Source: Planctomycetia bacterium (GTDB lineage: Bacteria > Planctomycetota > Planctomycetia > Pirellulales > UBA1268). From it: a stretch of 64,000 nucleotides of DNA. The notes under the pieces are model-generated. The model ran no database searches. It was not told the origin of the DNA and was given only the letters and a program-made list of their open reading frames with translations. The translations under genes were made by a program, and so were the position numbers. Location of the stretch: NCBI GenBank assembly GCA_026401035.1, contig JAPLNR010000069.1, forward strand, positions 66,063-130,062, read 5' to 3'. Shown piece by piece: positions 8,367 through 16,909 of the stretch. How positions within the stretch are numbered: position 1 is the stretch's first letter; each line of letters begins with the position of its first letter.

Positions 8367-11039
8367 TTACCCTGCGGCAAGCCGGGCGGCGATCGCGTGG
8401 ATGAGCGACCGCAGGCCGAATTGCGTGGGGGCCGCCGCGTCGAGAATCTGCTCGATCGTGCGGCGGTCGGCATAGCTGATATCGGCGCCGGTCGCGTAGC
8501 GGATCATGTGGGCCGTGAACGCGCGGGCCAGCGACCGCGGATCGTCGGCGATAAGCCGTTTCACGTCGTCCACCCCCGTGAACGCCCGCCCGTCAGGGAG
8601 CGTGCTCGACGCATCGACCGCCGGCCCGAGCCGGTAATGGGCAAACCAGAGTCCCTGCGGCGGGTTCGGCGCCGGATCGCCCTTGCCTGTCGAGCGATAG
8701 CGATCGCGGTAGCCACCGACCGGATCAAAGCATTCGAGCGCAAAGCCAGGGGGATCGATCTTCGCGTGGCATGCGGCACAGCTCGTGTCGCTGCGGTGCT
8801 TGGCGAGCTGCCCGCGAATCGTGGTCGCCCCGCGGGTGTCGGGATCGACGCCGGCCACACCGGGCGGCGGCGGCGGAGGCGGATCATCGAACAGCCGGTC
8901 CATCACCCACACGCCCCGCTTCACTGGTGATGTGGTCGTGCCATTCGCCGTGAGTTTGTGAATCGCCGCCTGGGCAAGCAGGCCGCCGCGATGGCTACCC
9001 GGCGGCAGGCTGACCCGCCGAACGTCTACGCCATCAACGCCTGAGATCCCGTAGTGCTCGGCCAGCCGCTGCGTGAGCATCGTGAATTCGGGATCGACGA
9101 GGGACCGCGCCGGCAGATCGTCGGCGATCATGTCCCGCAGAAAAGCCCGCGACTCGGCGACCATGCCCTCGCGGAGTAGGAACGAATACTCGGGGTAAAG
9201 CTGCCTGTCGGGGCTGGTCTCGTCGATGCGGCGAAGCTCCAGCCACTGGTCTGTGAAGTCGTCGATGAACCGCACGGCCCGCGGATCATCGAGGAGGCGA
9301 TCGACCTGTGCGTGGAGCACGGCGGGAGTTGCCAGGGAGCCATCGCGGGCGGCGGCCAAGAGCAACGCGTCGGGAGGTGAATTCCAGAGCCAATAAGAGA
9401 GCCGGGAGGCGAGCACAAAAAGATCGGCCGGCGCGGCATGCGGTTTGTCAGCCGCGTGAAATAAAAACTCCGGCGATGTCAGGGTCGCCATGTAGCCGCG
9501 ACGCATTGCCTCTTCGAAGCAGTCGCCCGCGGCGAGGCGGGCTTCAACGAGTGCGACGTAGGGCATGATTTCGTCAGGCTGCACCGGACGGCGGAACGCC
9601 TGCGGCAGGAATTCGGCAATCAGCCGCCGCGCGTCGGCCGCAGGATCGCTCGACTGCACGCTCTCGACCGGTGGGGCACGGTCGCGAGGCGAGAGCCACT
9701 GGTGGGCGGGAAGGTAGAGCGGCGTCTGGCGGATGGCGTCTCGTGCCGGAGGCGTTGCCGTTTCGGACTTCGGCCACTCCACGATCGGCAGGTCGCCGAA
9801 CAGCCGGGTGTGGCTCTCCGGCGGCCACGAGTCGTGGATCGGACCCTCCACCTCGAACCAGTCGAGCGCCACACCGGGACCGATATGCCTCGCCGTGCGG
9901 CCGCCGATCTGGCGAACCTGCAAGCCCCGCCACGGGATCGACACGGGATCGAAGACGACCGACTCATGGGCATCGAGCCAGCAGGCGATCTCGTGCTCCC
10001 GCGGCGCGAGCGAGGCGGCGGTAAACGTGCCGAGCAACCGCCCCCCTTCCTGTTGCTGCCCTTCGGCATGGGCGCGGAGCACGGCGGCCTGCGATGCAAT
10101 CGTCGGATCGACGGAGCCTTTGTTCCACTGAAAACCCCACAGTGACAGCCGGAGCCGATAGCGGCCCGGATAGATCGGGGACACGTTCATCGCGGCTTCG
10201 TAGCCGGCCAGATTCGGCACAAGAAGCCCCACGCTGCTCGGGCTCGTGCCGATCGCGTGGTCACGAAAGAGCCGTGCTCGCTCGGCCATGTCGGCATCCG
10301 CATCGGCGGCGCTGATGTACCACTCGACGTCGTCATAGCCAGCGCGGAGCGGCAGCGCGGGGTCGGGCCGCAGATCTTTCAGCAGCACGAAGTTGCCGTT
10401 CATGAGGTTGCCGCTGAACTTCGCGAGGCCCGCCGGGTGAATCCGCTGCTTGAAGACGGGCGGCGGCGTGCTGCGCGTGGCGATCGCCGCATCGAGGGCT
10501 TTTTCCACGGCAGCCGCATAGGCCGCGAGATGGACGGGCGAGAGGTCGAGGCCTTCGGCGATCTTGGTGTAGCCTGCTACGTGGCCGTCTTCGGGTAGCA
10601 TGCCTTGAATATCGAGCCGATCGAGCGCGAGCAGGTCGCGAAGCGTGTTCTCGAACTCGCTGCGGGTCATCCGCCGCATTCGGGCACGGCCGGTCTTCGC
10701 GATCCGGGCTGCGTCGGCCGCATGAAGTTCCTTATCGAGCCAACGAGTGACGGTAGCGACCTCGTCGTGCGGCGGCCGCTCCGAGCCGGCAGGCGGCATC
10801 TCGCCCCGCACGATCCGGTCGTGAATCTGCGCGAAGCGCTTCAGCGTGGCCGGGTCGGAAAATTCTCGCGGCAGGACGGCGAGGTCGAGCCCGGCCTCGG
10901 GCTTCGCCCCGGAATGGCATTCATAGCAGCGCTGCTCAAAGAACGCTTCGATTGTCGCGGGGCCGGCCCGGCTGGTCGTGGCCAGCGCGGCAGCCCACAG
11001 GCCGACCAATCCGCGGCAGACGAGATGCCAATGCCTCAT
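8367..11039 (-). CDS. DUF1592/DUF1595/DUF1588/DUF1587/DUF1585-type multidomain protein (planctomycete cytochrome-c-like)
   Basis: 890-aa ORF containing CYECHSG and CAACHAKIDPPGF. It is colinear with 2784..5492. An ATGA overlap with the upstream DUF1552 gene lies at 11036-11039. Confidence 0.9.
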   Translation of the reverse strand: MRHWHLVCRGLVGLWAAALATTSRAGPATIEAFFEQRCYECHSGAKPEAGLDLAVLPREFSDPATLKRFAQIHDRIVRGEMPPAGSERPPHDEVATVTRWLDKELHAADAARIAKTGRARMRRMTRSEFENTLRDLLALDRLDIQGMLPEDGHVAGYTKIAEGLDLSPVHLAAYAAAVEKALDAAIATRSTPPPVFKQRIHPAGLAKFSGNLMNGNFVLLKDLRPDPALPLRAGYDDVEWYISAADADADMAERARLFRDHAIGTSPSSVGLLVPNLAGYEAAMNVSPIYPGRYRLRLSLWGFQWNKGSVDPTIASQAAVLRAHAEGQQQEGGRLLGTFTAASLAPREHEIACWLDAHESVVFDPVSIPWRGLQVRQIGGRTARHIGPGVALDWFEVEGPIHDSWPPESHTRLFGDLPIVEWPKSETATPPARDAIRQTPLYLPAHQWLSPRDRAPPVESVQSSDPAADARRLIAEFLPQAFRRPVQPDEIMPYVALVEARLAAGDCFEEAMRRGYMATLTSPEFLFHAADKPHAAPADLFVLASRLSYWLWNSPPDALLLAAARDGSLATPAVLHAQVDRLLDDPRAVRFIDDFTDQWLELRRIDETSPDRQLYPEYSFLLREGMVAESRAFLRDMIADDLPARSLVDPEFTMLTQRLAEHYGISGVDGVDVRRVSLPPGSHRGGLLAQAAIHKLTANGTTTSPVKRGVWVMDRLFDDPPPPPPPGVAGVDPDTRGATTIRGQLAKHRSDTSCAACHAKIDPPGFALECFDPVGGYRDRYRSTGKGDPAPNPPQGLWFAHYRLGPAVDASSTLPDGRAFTGVDDVKRLIADDPRSLARAFTAHMIRYATGADISYADRRTIEQILDAAAPTQFGLRSLIHAIAARLAAG

Positions 11040-12373
11040 GCGTCGAGGCCTCGCAGGGAGCCGGTGCTCGACGCGAAACGGTCGACGTCGATGCCGAGCC
11101 GCTGGAGCATCGTGACGAAGAGGTTCGCCAGCGGCTCGTTGCGCTTCTCGTCAAAGGCGAGTCGGCCCGGGTGCCGGTAGCCGCCGCCGGCGAGGATGAT
11201 GGGTAGGTTTTCATTGGAGTGGGAATTCGCGTTGCCCAGACAACTGCCGTAGAGCACCTGCGTGTGGTCGAGCAGCGTGCCACCGGCCTCGCTTGCGGAC
11301 CGTAGCTGCCGGAGAAAGCCGGCGAAGGCATGGATCTGCGCCTCTTCGATCTTCTTCAGCTCTGCGATCTTCTCCGGCTCGTTGCCGTGGTGCGTGAGAC
11401 TGTGGGTTTCCGTTTTCACGCCCGGCACGTGCGGTACGACCGAGAACGTGCTCAACGAGAGCGTGATCACCCGCGTCGAGTCGGTTTCCAGCGCCAGCCG
11501 GACGAGGTCGAACATGAGCTTCGACTTTTCGATCACCTTCGTCGCATCAGCGATGTCATTGGGCTCTGGGTATTCGACGGCAGGCTTCGGTCGGTGCTCC
11601 CATTCGATCGACCGCGCGAGCCGCTGCTCCAGGTCGCGGACGCTCGAAAAATACTGGTCGAGTCGGGCGCGGTCCTCGGGCGCGACCGCCTTCTCCAGCC
11701 GCGCCTTCTTGTCGAGCACGAGGTCGAGCACGCTGCCGCCGGCCTCGATCCGCCGCAGCGTGGCCGCCCTCTCGTCGGGGGTGCCCCCAACGAAAAGCGC
11801 CCGGTAGAGCTTCTTCGGGCTTGGCTCCGGGGGGATTGCGACGCCGGCACGCGACACAGCGCTTGCGCTGCCATAGGGATCGCTCTTGGCGACCGCCAGC
11901 GCTAAAAATGGAAAACGCGTGTTGAGGCCGATCGTTTCGGCGGCAAGCTGGTCGAGTGACTGCGAGTTTTTGAACGTTGGCTGGCCGGGATGGGGCGCGC
12001 CGGTGAGAAAGCACTGGCCCGCGTGGTGGTTGCCGCCGACCTCGGGGTGCGAAAGGCCTGAGCACACAGTGAACGAGCCGCGGTGCTCGGCGAGCAGGTC
12101 GAGATAGGGACTCGACTGGTCGGCCGCATCTTTCGCCGGAAAGAAAAACTGCGGCATCATGCCGAGCGGCACGTGGATCGCCACCAGGCGTCGGGGTGGA
12201 GCAGCGGCCGGATCACTCGCTCGGACTCTCCGCAGGCCACCCGGCAACATCGCGTCGAGGAGCGGCAGGCCGATGCCGGCCCCGGCGGCCCGTAGCAACT
12301 CCCGCCGTGGCAACCGGCCGCGAGGCTGTGCAGCGATCGCCAAGCTCGAATCAGCAGGGTGCAAGGATTTCAT
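11036..12373 (-). CDS. DUF1552 (HXXSHH) family protein with TAT-like signal
   Basis: 445-aa ORF. Contains ...RGRLPRRELLRAAGAGIGLPLLDAM, the THSLTHHGN motif, and the C-terminus ...SSTGSLRGLDA. Confidence 0.9.
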   Translation of the reverse strand: MKSLHPADSSLAIAAQPRGRLPRRELLRAAGAGIGLPLLDAMLPGGLRRVRASDPAAAPPRRLVAIHVPLGMMPQFFFPAKDAADQSSPYLDLLAEHRGSFTVCSGLSHPEVGGNHHAGQCFLTGAPHPGQPTFKNSQSLDQLAAETIGLNTRFPFLALAVAKSDPYGSASAVSRAGVAIPPEPSPKKLYRALFVGGTPDERAATLRRIEAGGSVLDLVLDKKARLEKAVAPEDRARLDQYFSSVRDLEQRLARSIEWEHRPKPAVEYPEPNDIADATKVIEKSKLMFDLVRLALETDSTRVITLSLSTFSVVPHVPGVKTETHSLTHHGNEPEKIAELKKIEEAQIHAFAGFLRQLRSASEAGGTLLDHTQVLYGSCLGNANSHSNENLPIILAGGGYRHPGRLAFDEKRNEPLANLFVTMLQRLGIDVDRFASSTGSLRGLDA

Positions 12374-13175
12374 CCGACACTACTTGTGACGCGTGTTGAC
12401 TTCGCCCCCCATTCTATCGCCCGGGCGTCTGCGGCCCTTTTCAACCGTGTCGTACGTTTATCTACACATGCCCTCGCCCGCGCTGACATGCCGCATTGTT
12501 CGCCGGCGGCAGAAGTCTCCTTCACGATGCATTTTCTCCGCTGACCACCTACGGAGCTGCTGACCTCAGAAGGTCGAAATTGCATACTCTCGTCGAGCTT
12601 CAGCCGACCCCCATCCTCAGCATCGGAAGTCGCAGGTGCTGAAAAATATGACTGGCCTGCCCACCTTAAACGTCGCCACTTTCAGAGAGGGTAGGGTCAC
12701 GTGGCGCACAAGCCGCTCGTCTGCCGGGAAATGGTTGCGGAAGTGCCATTGAAATGGCTATACTTCGTAGCAAGTTATAACAAAAATGATTCACTTTGTT
12801 ACGCAACAAGAGGTGGCGAGTGACTGATGACCGGGCCGCTGTGATCGAGCAGATCCAGGGCATGGGCTCACCTCCGGCTTGCAGAGAAATGTCGGCGGCT
12901 GAACATCGATGCCGCTCGCGTCGCTGCCCGCCTCGATGACCTGGCTGCGGCCGGTGGTCATCATGCCGCTGGCATCGAATCCGTGATCCGGCAGCAGCTC
13001 GATCCGGAACCGGCCGCAGCCTGCTCGTCGCGGCCCCGCGGTGCCCGTGAGACTCCGCTTACTTGGCGACGCGCCGGCGAAATGTCCGGATTGGGTCGGC
13101 AACGCACGGTTTGAAAGGCCGGGCTTTCCTCGCGGGCCGAGTTGGCGAGTTCGACCGCGAGATCGAGGGGGGCCA

Positions 13176-13598
13176 TCACAGCAGCCGGGCGAGCGCGGTT
13201 GCGTACCGGTCGAAGTCGGCCAGGTGCCCGCGGAGATACTCAACCACGAGGCTGTCGTCCACCTGCCAGTAGACGTGCACGAGCCGGTTGCGAAATCGGG
13301 CCATGGCACGAAGCGATTCCTCCAAGTCAGCCGGACAAACGCCCCGCTCGACGAGCACGGTAAACGCGTCTGCACTGTCGGCCGGCGTACGGTATTTTTC
13401 CGATGCAATCACGTGCCCTGCCAGATCGAGACAGCACTCGATCGCCACCACGAAGTGATATTTGGCGCTGGCCACCTTGTCTGGGTCGCCGAGCAGCACG
13501 TGCGGTGCAATGGCGGCGAGCCGTCGCAGTTCGGCGACGTAGTCGTTGAGCACGCTGAGCAGCGTGTCGAACTTCGTGTGGTCGACCATCATGGGCAC
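13176..13598 (-). CDS. hepT: HepT (DUF86/HEPN) toxin of a type VII MNT-HepT module
   Basis: 140-aa ORF. It carries the HEPN Rx4H motif in ARFRNRLVHVYW and overlaps the upstream NTase gene by 10 nt. Confidence 0.85.
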   Translation of the reverse strand: MPMMVDHTKFDTLLSVLNDYVAELRRLAAIAPHVLLGDPDKVASAKYHFVVAIECCLDLAGHVIASEKYRTPADSADAFTVLVERGVCPADLEESLRAMARFRNRLVHVYWQVDDSLVVEYLRGHLADFDRYATALARLL

Positions 13599-14071
13599 TG
13601 TCCCGGAGCGAGGCCGGTGGTGGCAAAACTCCTGAGCCGTTCGGCGTGGATTCGCTCCAGCCGGGGGCGTTCATCGAACCAGCGGACCATGAGCTCACGC
13701 TCGACAGTGACGCGAGCCGTCTCGTCGGCACAGTAGAGACGGAATCCCTGCTCGAGCACCCGCGCCCGCCACTCCAGCGGCGCCGCGCCGAGATTTCGTA
13801 AATCCACCTCCACTCCCAAACGGCACGACAGGCGGTCGGCCAGCCTCATTTCTTCAGCGATGGACAGCGGGGGAGAACGACCGGAGTCGAGGTAGTAGCC
13901 GATGTCGAGGTCGCTATCGGATCGTGCGACGCCCTGTACACGGCTTCCATGGGCGTATGCCAGAAATACGCGAGTGCCTGGGAACACCACCTCGCATGCC
14001 AGCCGAGCCTGTTCGACGATCTCGGCAGACGGCTGCACGGTCGTCGCTTTCGAAAGACTGGTCGTGTCCAT
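13589..14071 (-). CDS. mntA: MNT-type minimal nucleotidyltransferase antitoxin
   Basis: 160-aa ORF with the GS-x10-DxD signature (HGSRVQGVARSDSDLDIGYY). It sits immediately upstream of hepT and overlaps it. Confidence 0.85.
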   Translation of the reverse strand: MDTTSLSKATTVQPSAEIVEQARLACEVVFPGTRVFLAYAHGSRVQGVARSDSDLDIGYYLDSGRSPPLSIAEEMRLADRLSCRLGVEVDLRNLGAAPLEWRARVLEQGFRLYCADETARVTVERELMVRWFDERPRLERIHAERLRSFATTGLAPGQCP

Positions 14072-14172
14072 GAGATTGCTCCGCGGTCATCTGACTGAGC
14101 AGCCCGCAATCATACCTAGACCCTGTCGTCCAAGGGTAACCTGCCGGGATGCACGGGGCGCTCGATCGCCCG

Positions 14173-14208
14173 GATGCGCGAGATGCGCGAGGTGCGCGAG
14201 ATGCGGAA
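14173..14208. repeat. 4 x 9-bp tandem repeat (GATGCGCGA-like) in the region upstream of the MNT-HepT operon
   Basis: The units gatgcgcga gatgcgcga ggtgcgcga gatgcggaa are read directly from the sequence. They are intergenic, between the sulfatase stop (14291) and the mntA start (14071). Confidence 0.6.
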
Positions 14209-14290
14209 GAGGCGACTCGCCGCGAGGGCCGGTCGACCGATCTGGCCATGGGCCATGGGCCGCGAGTTCCGACCGATCTCTCTCTATGGT

Positions 14291-15838
14291 CTAGGGATTC
14301 GTGAGGTCGGGCGACCAGACCCCGGGTTTGATCCCGGGGGTCATGCCGGAGGCGGGCAGCGTCTGCTTGACCGCTTCGCTGAGTTGCTGCGACAGGCTGG
14401 CCACGGTGGCGGCGTGGGCCGGGGCGGTGGCGAGGTTCGTGAGTTCCCTGGGATCGGCATCGTGGTCGTAGAGTTCGCGGCCGGCGCGGCCCTCGTCCCA
14501 CTCCGTGTACCGCCAGCGGGGCGTCCTCAACGAGTAGCCGAAGAACGGCCCCCCTTTTTTGTCTGGCTGCTCGGGCCGCGGCCTCTGGCCGGGAATGCCG
14601 CCGCGGGTTACCTGCGTTACCGCCCAGCCACGGCCGGGCAGAGACGGATCGGCAAGCAGGCCGGCGAGGTTTTGCCCCGGCAGATTGTCGGGAGCCTTGA
14701 TCCCGCAGAGCGCCGCGAGCGTGGGAAAGAGGTCGACCTGGGAAACGGGCGCTGCCGCCACGCTCCCCGGCTGCGCCCGGCCCGGCGCGACGATGAGCAG
14801 CGGCACGCGGGCGCTCTCCTCGAAGAGGCTCATCTTCTGATAGAGGCCATGCTCACCCATGTGATAGCCGTGGTCACTGGTAAACACGATGATCGTGCTG
14901 TCGGCGAGGCCCTGCTTGTCGAGCGCGTCGATCACGCGGCCCACCTGGGCGTCCATGAAGCTGATGCTTGCGTAGTAGGCCTGCAGGCACTGCCGCCGCT
15001 GGTCGTCCGTCATTATGTCTTGTTCCGGCTTGCGGCTGCCAATCGCCGCCGGGGGCAGATCCTGCTGGTCGGCCGCGACATCCGTCACCAGCGGCATCTC
15101 GCTCTCCGGATACATGCCGAAGTAGGGATCCTTCGGCGCCACGTAGGGGGTGTGCGGCCGATAGAAGCCCACTGCGAGGAAGAAGGGCCGGCTCTTGTCG
15201 CGGCCGCACCGCTCGAGCACCCAGGCGGCGTCGTCGGCCAGCAGGCCGTCGGTGTGTAGGCGGTCGGGCTGCGGCGAGGCATACCAGCTGAGCGTGCCGC
15301 CAAATTTTCCGGGCTCGAGCGAGAAGATCCGTGGCTCCTCCTCGAGCCGATCGACGCCGGCGGGATTGATCTCCAGTTCCCATGAGCCGGGATCGTCGTG
15401 GCCGTTGGTGCCGATGGATGCGGGAACGTTGTAGTGGAAGAGCTTGCCGACGCGGGCGGCAAAGTAGCCTTCGAGTCGGAAGGCCTGTGGCATGCTCACC
15501 TGCGACGGGATTGTCTGGCGGAAGATCTGCCCGTTGGCGAGGATGCCGGTCGCATTGGGGTAGAGGCCGGTGAGAAACGAATTGCGGCTGGGGCCACAGA
15601 GGGGAAACCCGCAGTAGGCCCGATCGAACCGCACGCCGCGGGCCGCGAGCCTGTCGATGTGGGGCGTTTGTGCGCGGGGTTCGCCGTAGCAGCCGAGGAA
15701 GCAGTTGAGGTCGTCCGAGACGATGAAGAGCACGTTTGGCCGGCCGTCGGCCGCGGCCGCGTTTTGTGGCAGGCCCGCCGCCACGGCAACCAGAAGAAGC
15801 AAGCTGCAGCCGAAGGGGTGTGAACGCATGGCAAACAT
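14291..15838 (-). CDS. sulfatase (iduronate-2-sulfatase-like, type I)
   Basis: The track ORF is 14291..15973. I prefer the ATG at 15838 (MFAMRSHPFGCSLLLLVAVAAG, a signal peptide). Contains RPNVLFIVSDDL and the formylglycine motif CGPSRNSFLTG. Confidence 0.9.
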   Translation of the reverse strand: MFAMRSHPFGCSLLLLVAVAAGLPQNAAAADGRPNVLFIVSDDLNCFLGCYGEPRAQTPHIDRLAARGVRFDRAYCGFPLCGPSRNSFLTGLYPNATGILANGQIFRQTIPSQVSMPQAFRLEGYFAARVGKLFHYNVPASIGTNGHDDPGSWELEINPAGVDRLEEEPRIFSLEPGKFGGTLSWYASPQPDRLHTDGLLADDAAWVLERCGRDKSRPFFLAVGFYRPHTPYVAPKDPYFGMYPESEMPLVTDVAADQQDLPPAAIGSRKPEQDIMTDDQRRQCLQAYYASISFMDAQVGRVIDALDKQGLADSTIIVFTSDHGYHMGEHGLYQKMSLFEESARVPLLIVAPGRAQPGSVAAAPVSQVDLFPTLAALCGIKAPDNLPGQNLAGLLADPSLPGRGWAVTQVTRGGIPGQRPRPEQPDKKGGPFFGYSLRTPRWRYTEWDEGRAGRELYDHDADPRELTNLATAPAHAATVASLSQQLSEAVKQTLPASGMTPGIKPGVWSPDLTNP

Positions 15839-15952
15839 CCGTTGAGAGCGTGTCTGACCGGGGAAGTCTCTCACACGGATGACCCCTTGTGAAAGTCGCG
15901 GCCGCCGGGCGGTATTTCCCGCGGCGGCGTGGCGAGCGTATTCTTTTCCCGC

Positions 15953-16264
15953 ATGCGGATCACGTTCACTCAATCGGGTGGGTTTGCCGGCCTCGTCAAG
16001 GGCTGCCGGATCGACACGCTGGTGCTCGCGGCCGACGAACGTGCAAAGGTGGAAACGCTTGTCGCGGCGGCCGGCTGGACCGAGTCATGGGAACGGTTTT
16101 CCGAGGGCCGCGACCGCTGGCAGTTCGAGATCACGATCGACCGCGACGCGGTCTGCGTGCACGTCGTCTGCGACGACTCCTGCCTGCCGCCCGTCGCCCG
16201 CCCCTTGGTGGCCTTTTTGCAGGATCACGCCGTGGTCCAGAAACCAGACCAGAAACCCGAGTAG
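15953..16264 (+). CDS. emfourin-like small protein (protealysin-inhibitor family-like)
   Basis: MRITFTQSGGFAGLVKGCRIDT... followed by RDRWQFEITID...LPPVARPLVAFL resembles the emfourin family pattern (SGGFAG ... D..Y.I.V ... P.. pL...L). GC3 is strong. The start is taken at the internal ATG of track ORF 15929..16264. Confidence 0.6.
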   Translation: MRITFTQSGGFAGLVKGCRIDTLVLAADERAKVETLVAAAGWTESWERFSEGRDRWQFEITIDRDAVCVHVVCDDSCLPPVARPLVAFLQDHAVVQKPDQKPE

Positions 16265-16288
16265 GTCCGGCTGCGGCTGGCCAGGAAA

Positions 16289-16816
16289 TTGCGGCCGGCC
16301 GAGAGCCTTCCGCCGGAGAGATGCATGTCGGACTGGGGAAGGTTCGAGGGCGCCGTCGTTGCGAGCTGGAACGACGACGGCCGTGACATGACGCTCGTCG
16401 AGCCGTTTGCCTACCTGGACCGCGCGGATGTGCGTTGGCAGGCCGCGACGGGCGCTGTCGTGAATGGGGCCAGCATTCCGCAGGCGTTTTGGTCGCTGAT
16501 CGGCGGACCGTTTGCGGGCCGCTTTCGCAAGGCGTCGGTCGTGCACGATGTGGCCTGCGTCGACCGCGGGCGGCCCTGGCAGCAGGTGCACCGGATGTTT
16601 TACGAGGCCTCGCGGTGCGGCGGGGTTGCCGTCGTGAAGGCGAAGATGATGTACTACGCCGTGTTTCACTTCGGGCCGCGTTGGAGCGGCACGGGCCGGC
16701 AACTCCGTGATGAGACGCCGCCCCCGCCCAGCCCACAACAGGCAGCGGCCGTGGACCGGTGGTTTCAAGAGCATGATGTCGCGGCGGACGAGATTCCATC
16801 GCTTGTTATCGAGTGA
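16289..16816 (+). CDS. DUF1353 domain protein
   Basis: 175-aa ORF. VVNGASIPQAFWSLIGGPFAGRFRKASVVHDVAC fits the DUF1353 core (DGASIP ... HD). An alternative start lies at 16325 (MSDWGRF). Confidence 0.7.
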   Translation: MRPAESLPPERCMSDWGRFEGAVVASWNDDGRDMTLVEPFAYLDRADVRWQAATGAVVNGASIPQAFWSLIGGPFAGRFRKASVVHDVACVDRGRPWQQVHRMFYEASRCGGVAVVKAKMMYYAVFHFGPRWSGTGRQLRDETPPPPSPQQAAAVDRWFQEHDVAADEIPSLVIE

Positions 16817-16909
16817 CGGGCTGATTTTTGTCCGAAAATGGATAGGCATGGGACGTGGCTTTATGGCTTAATTCGTTCCAAACTCGTGGTCCCTTCCCAG
16901 CGGAGAAAG

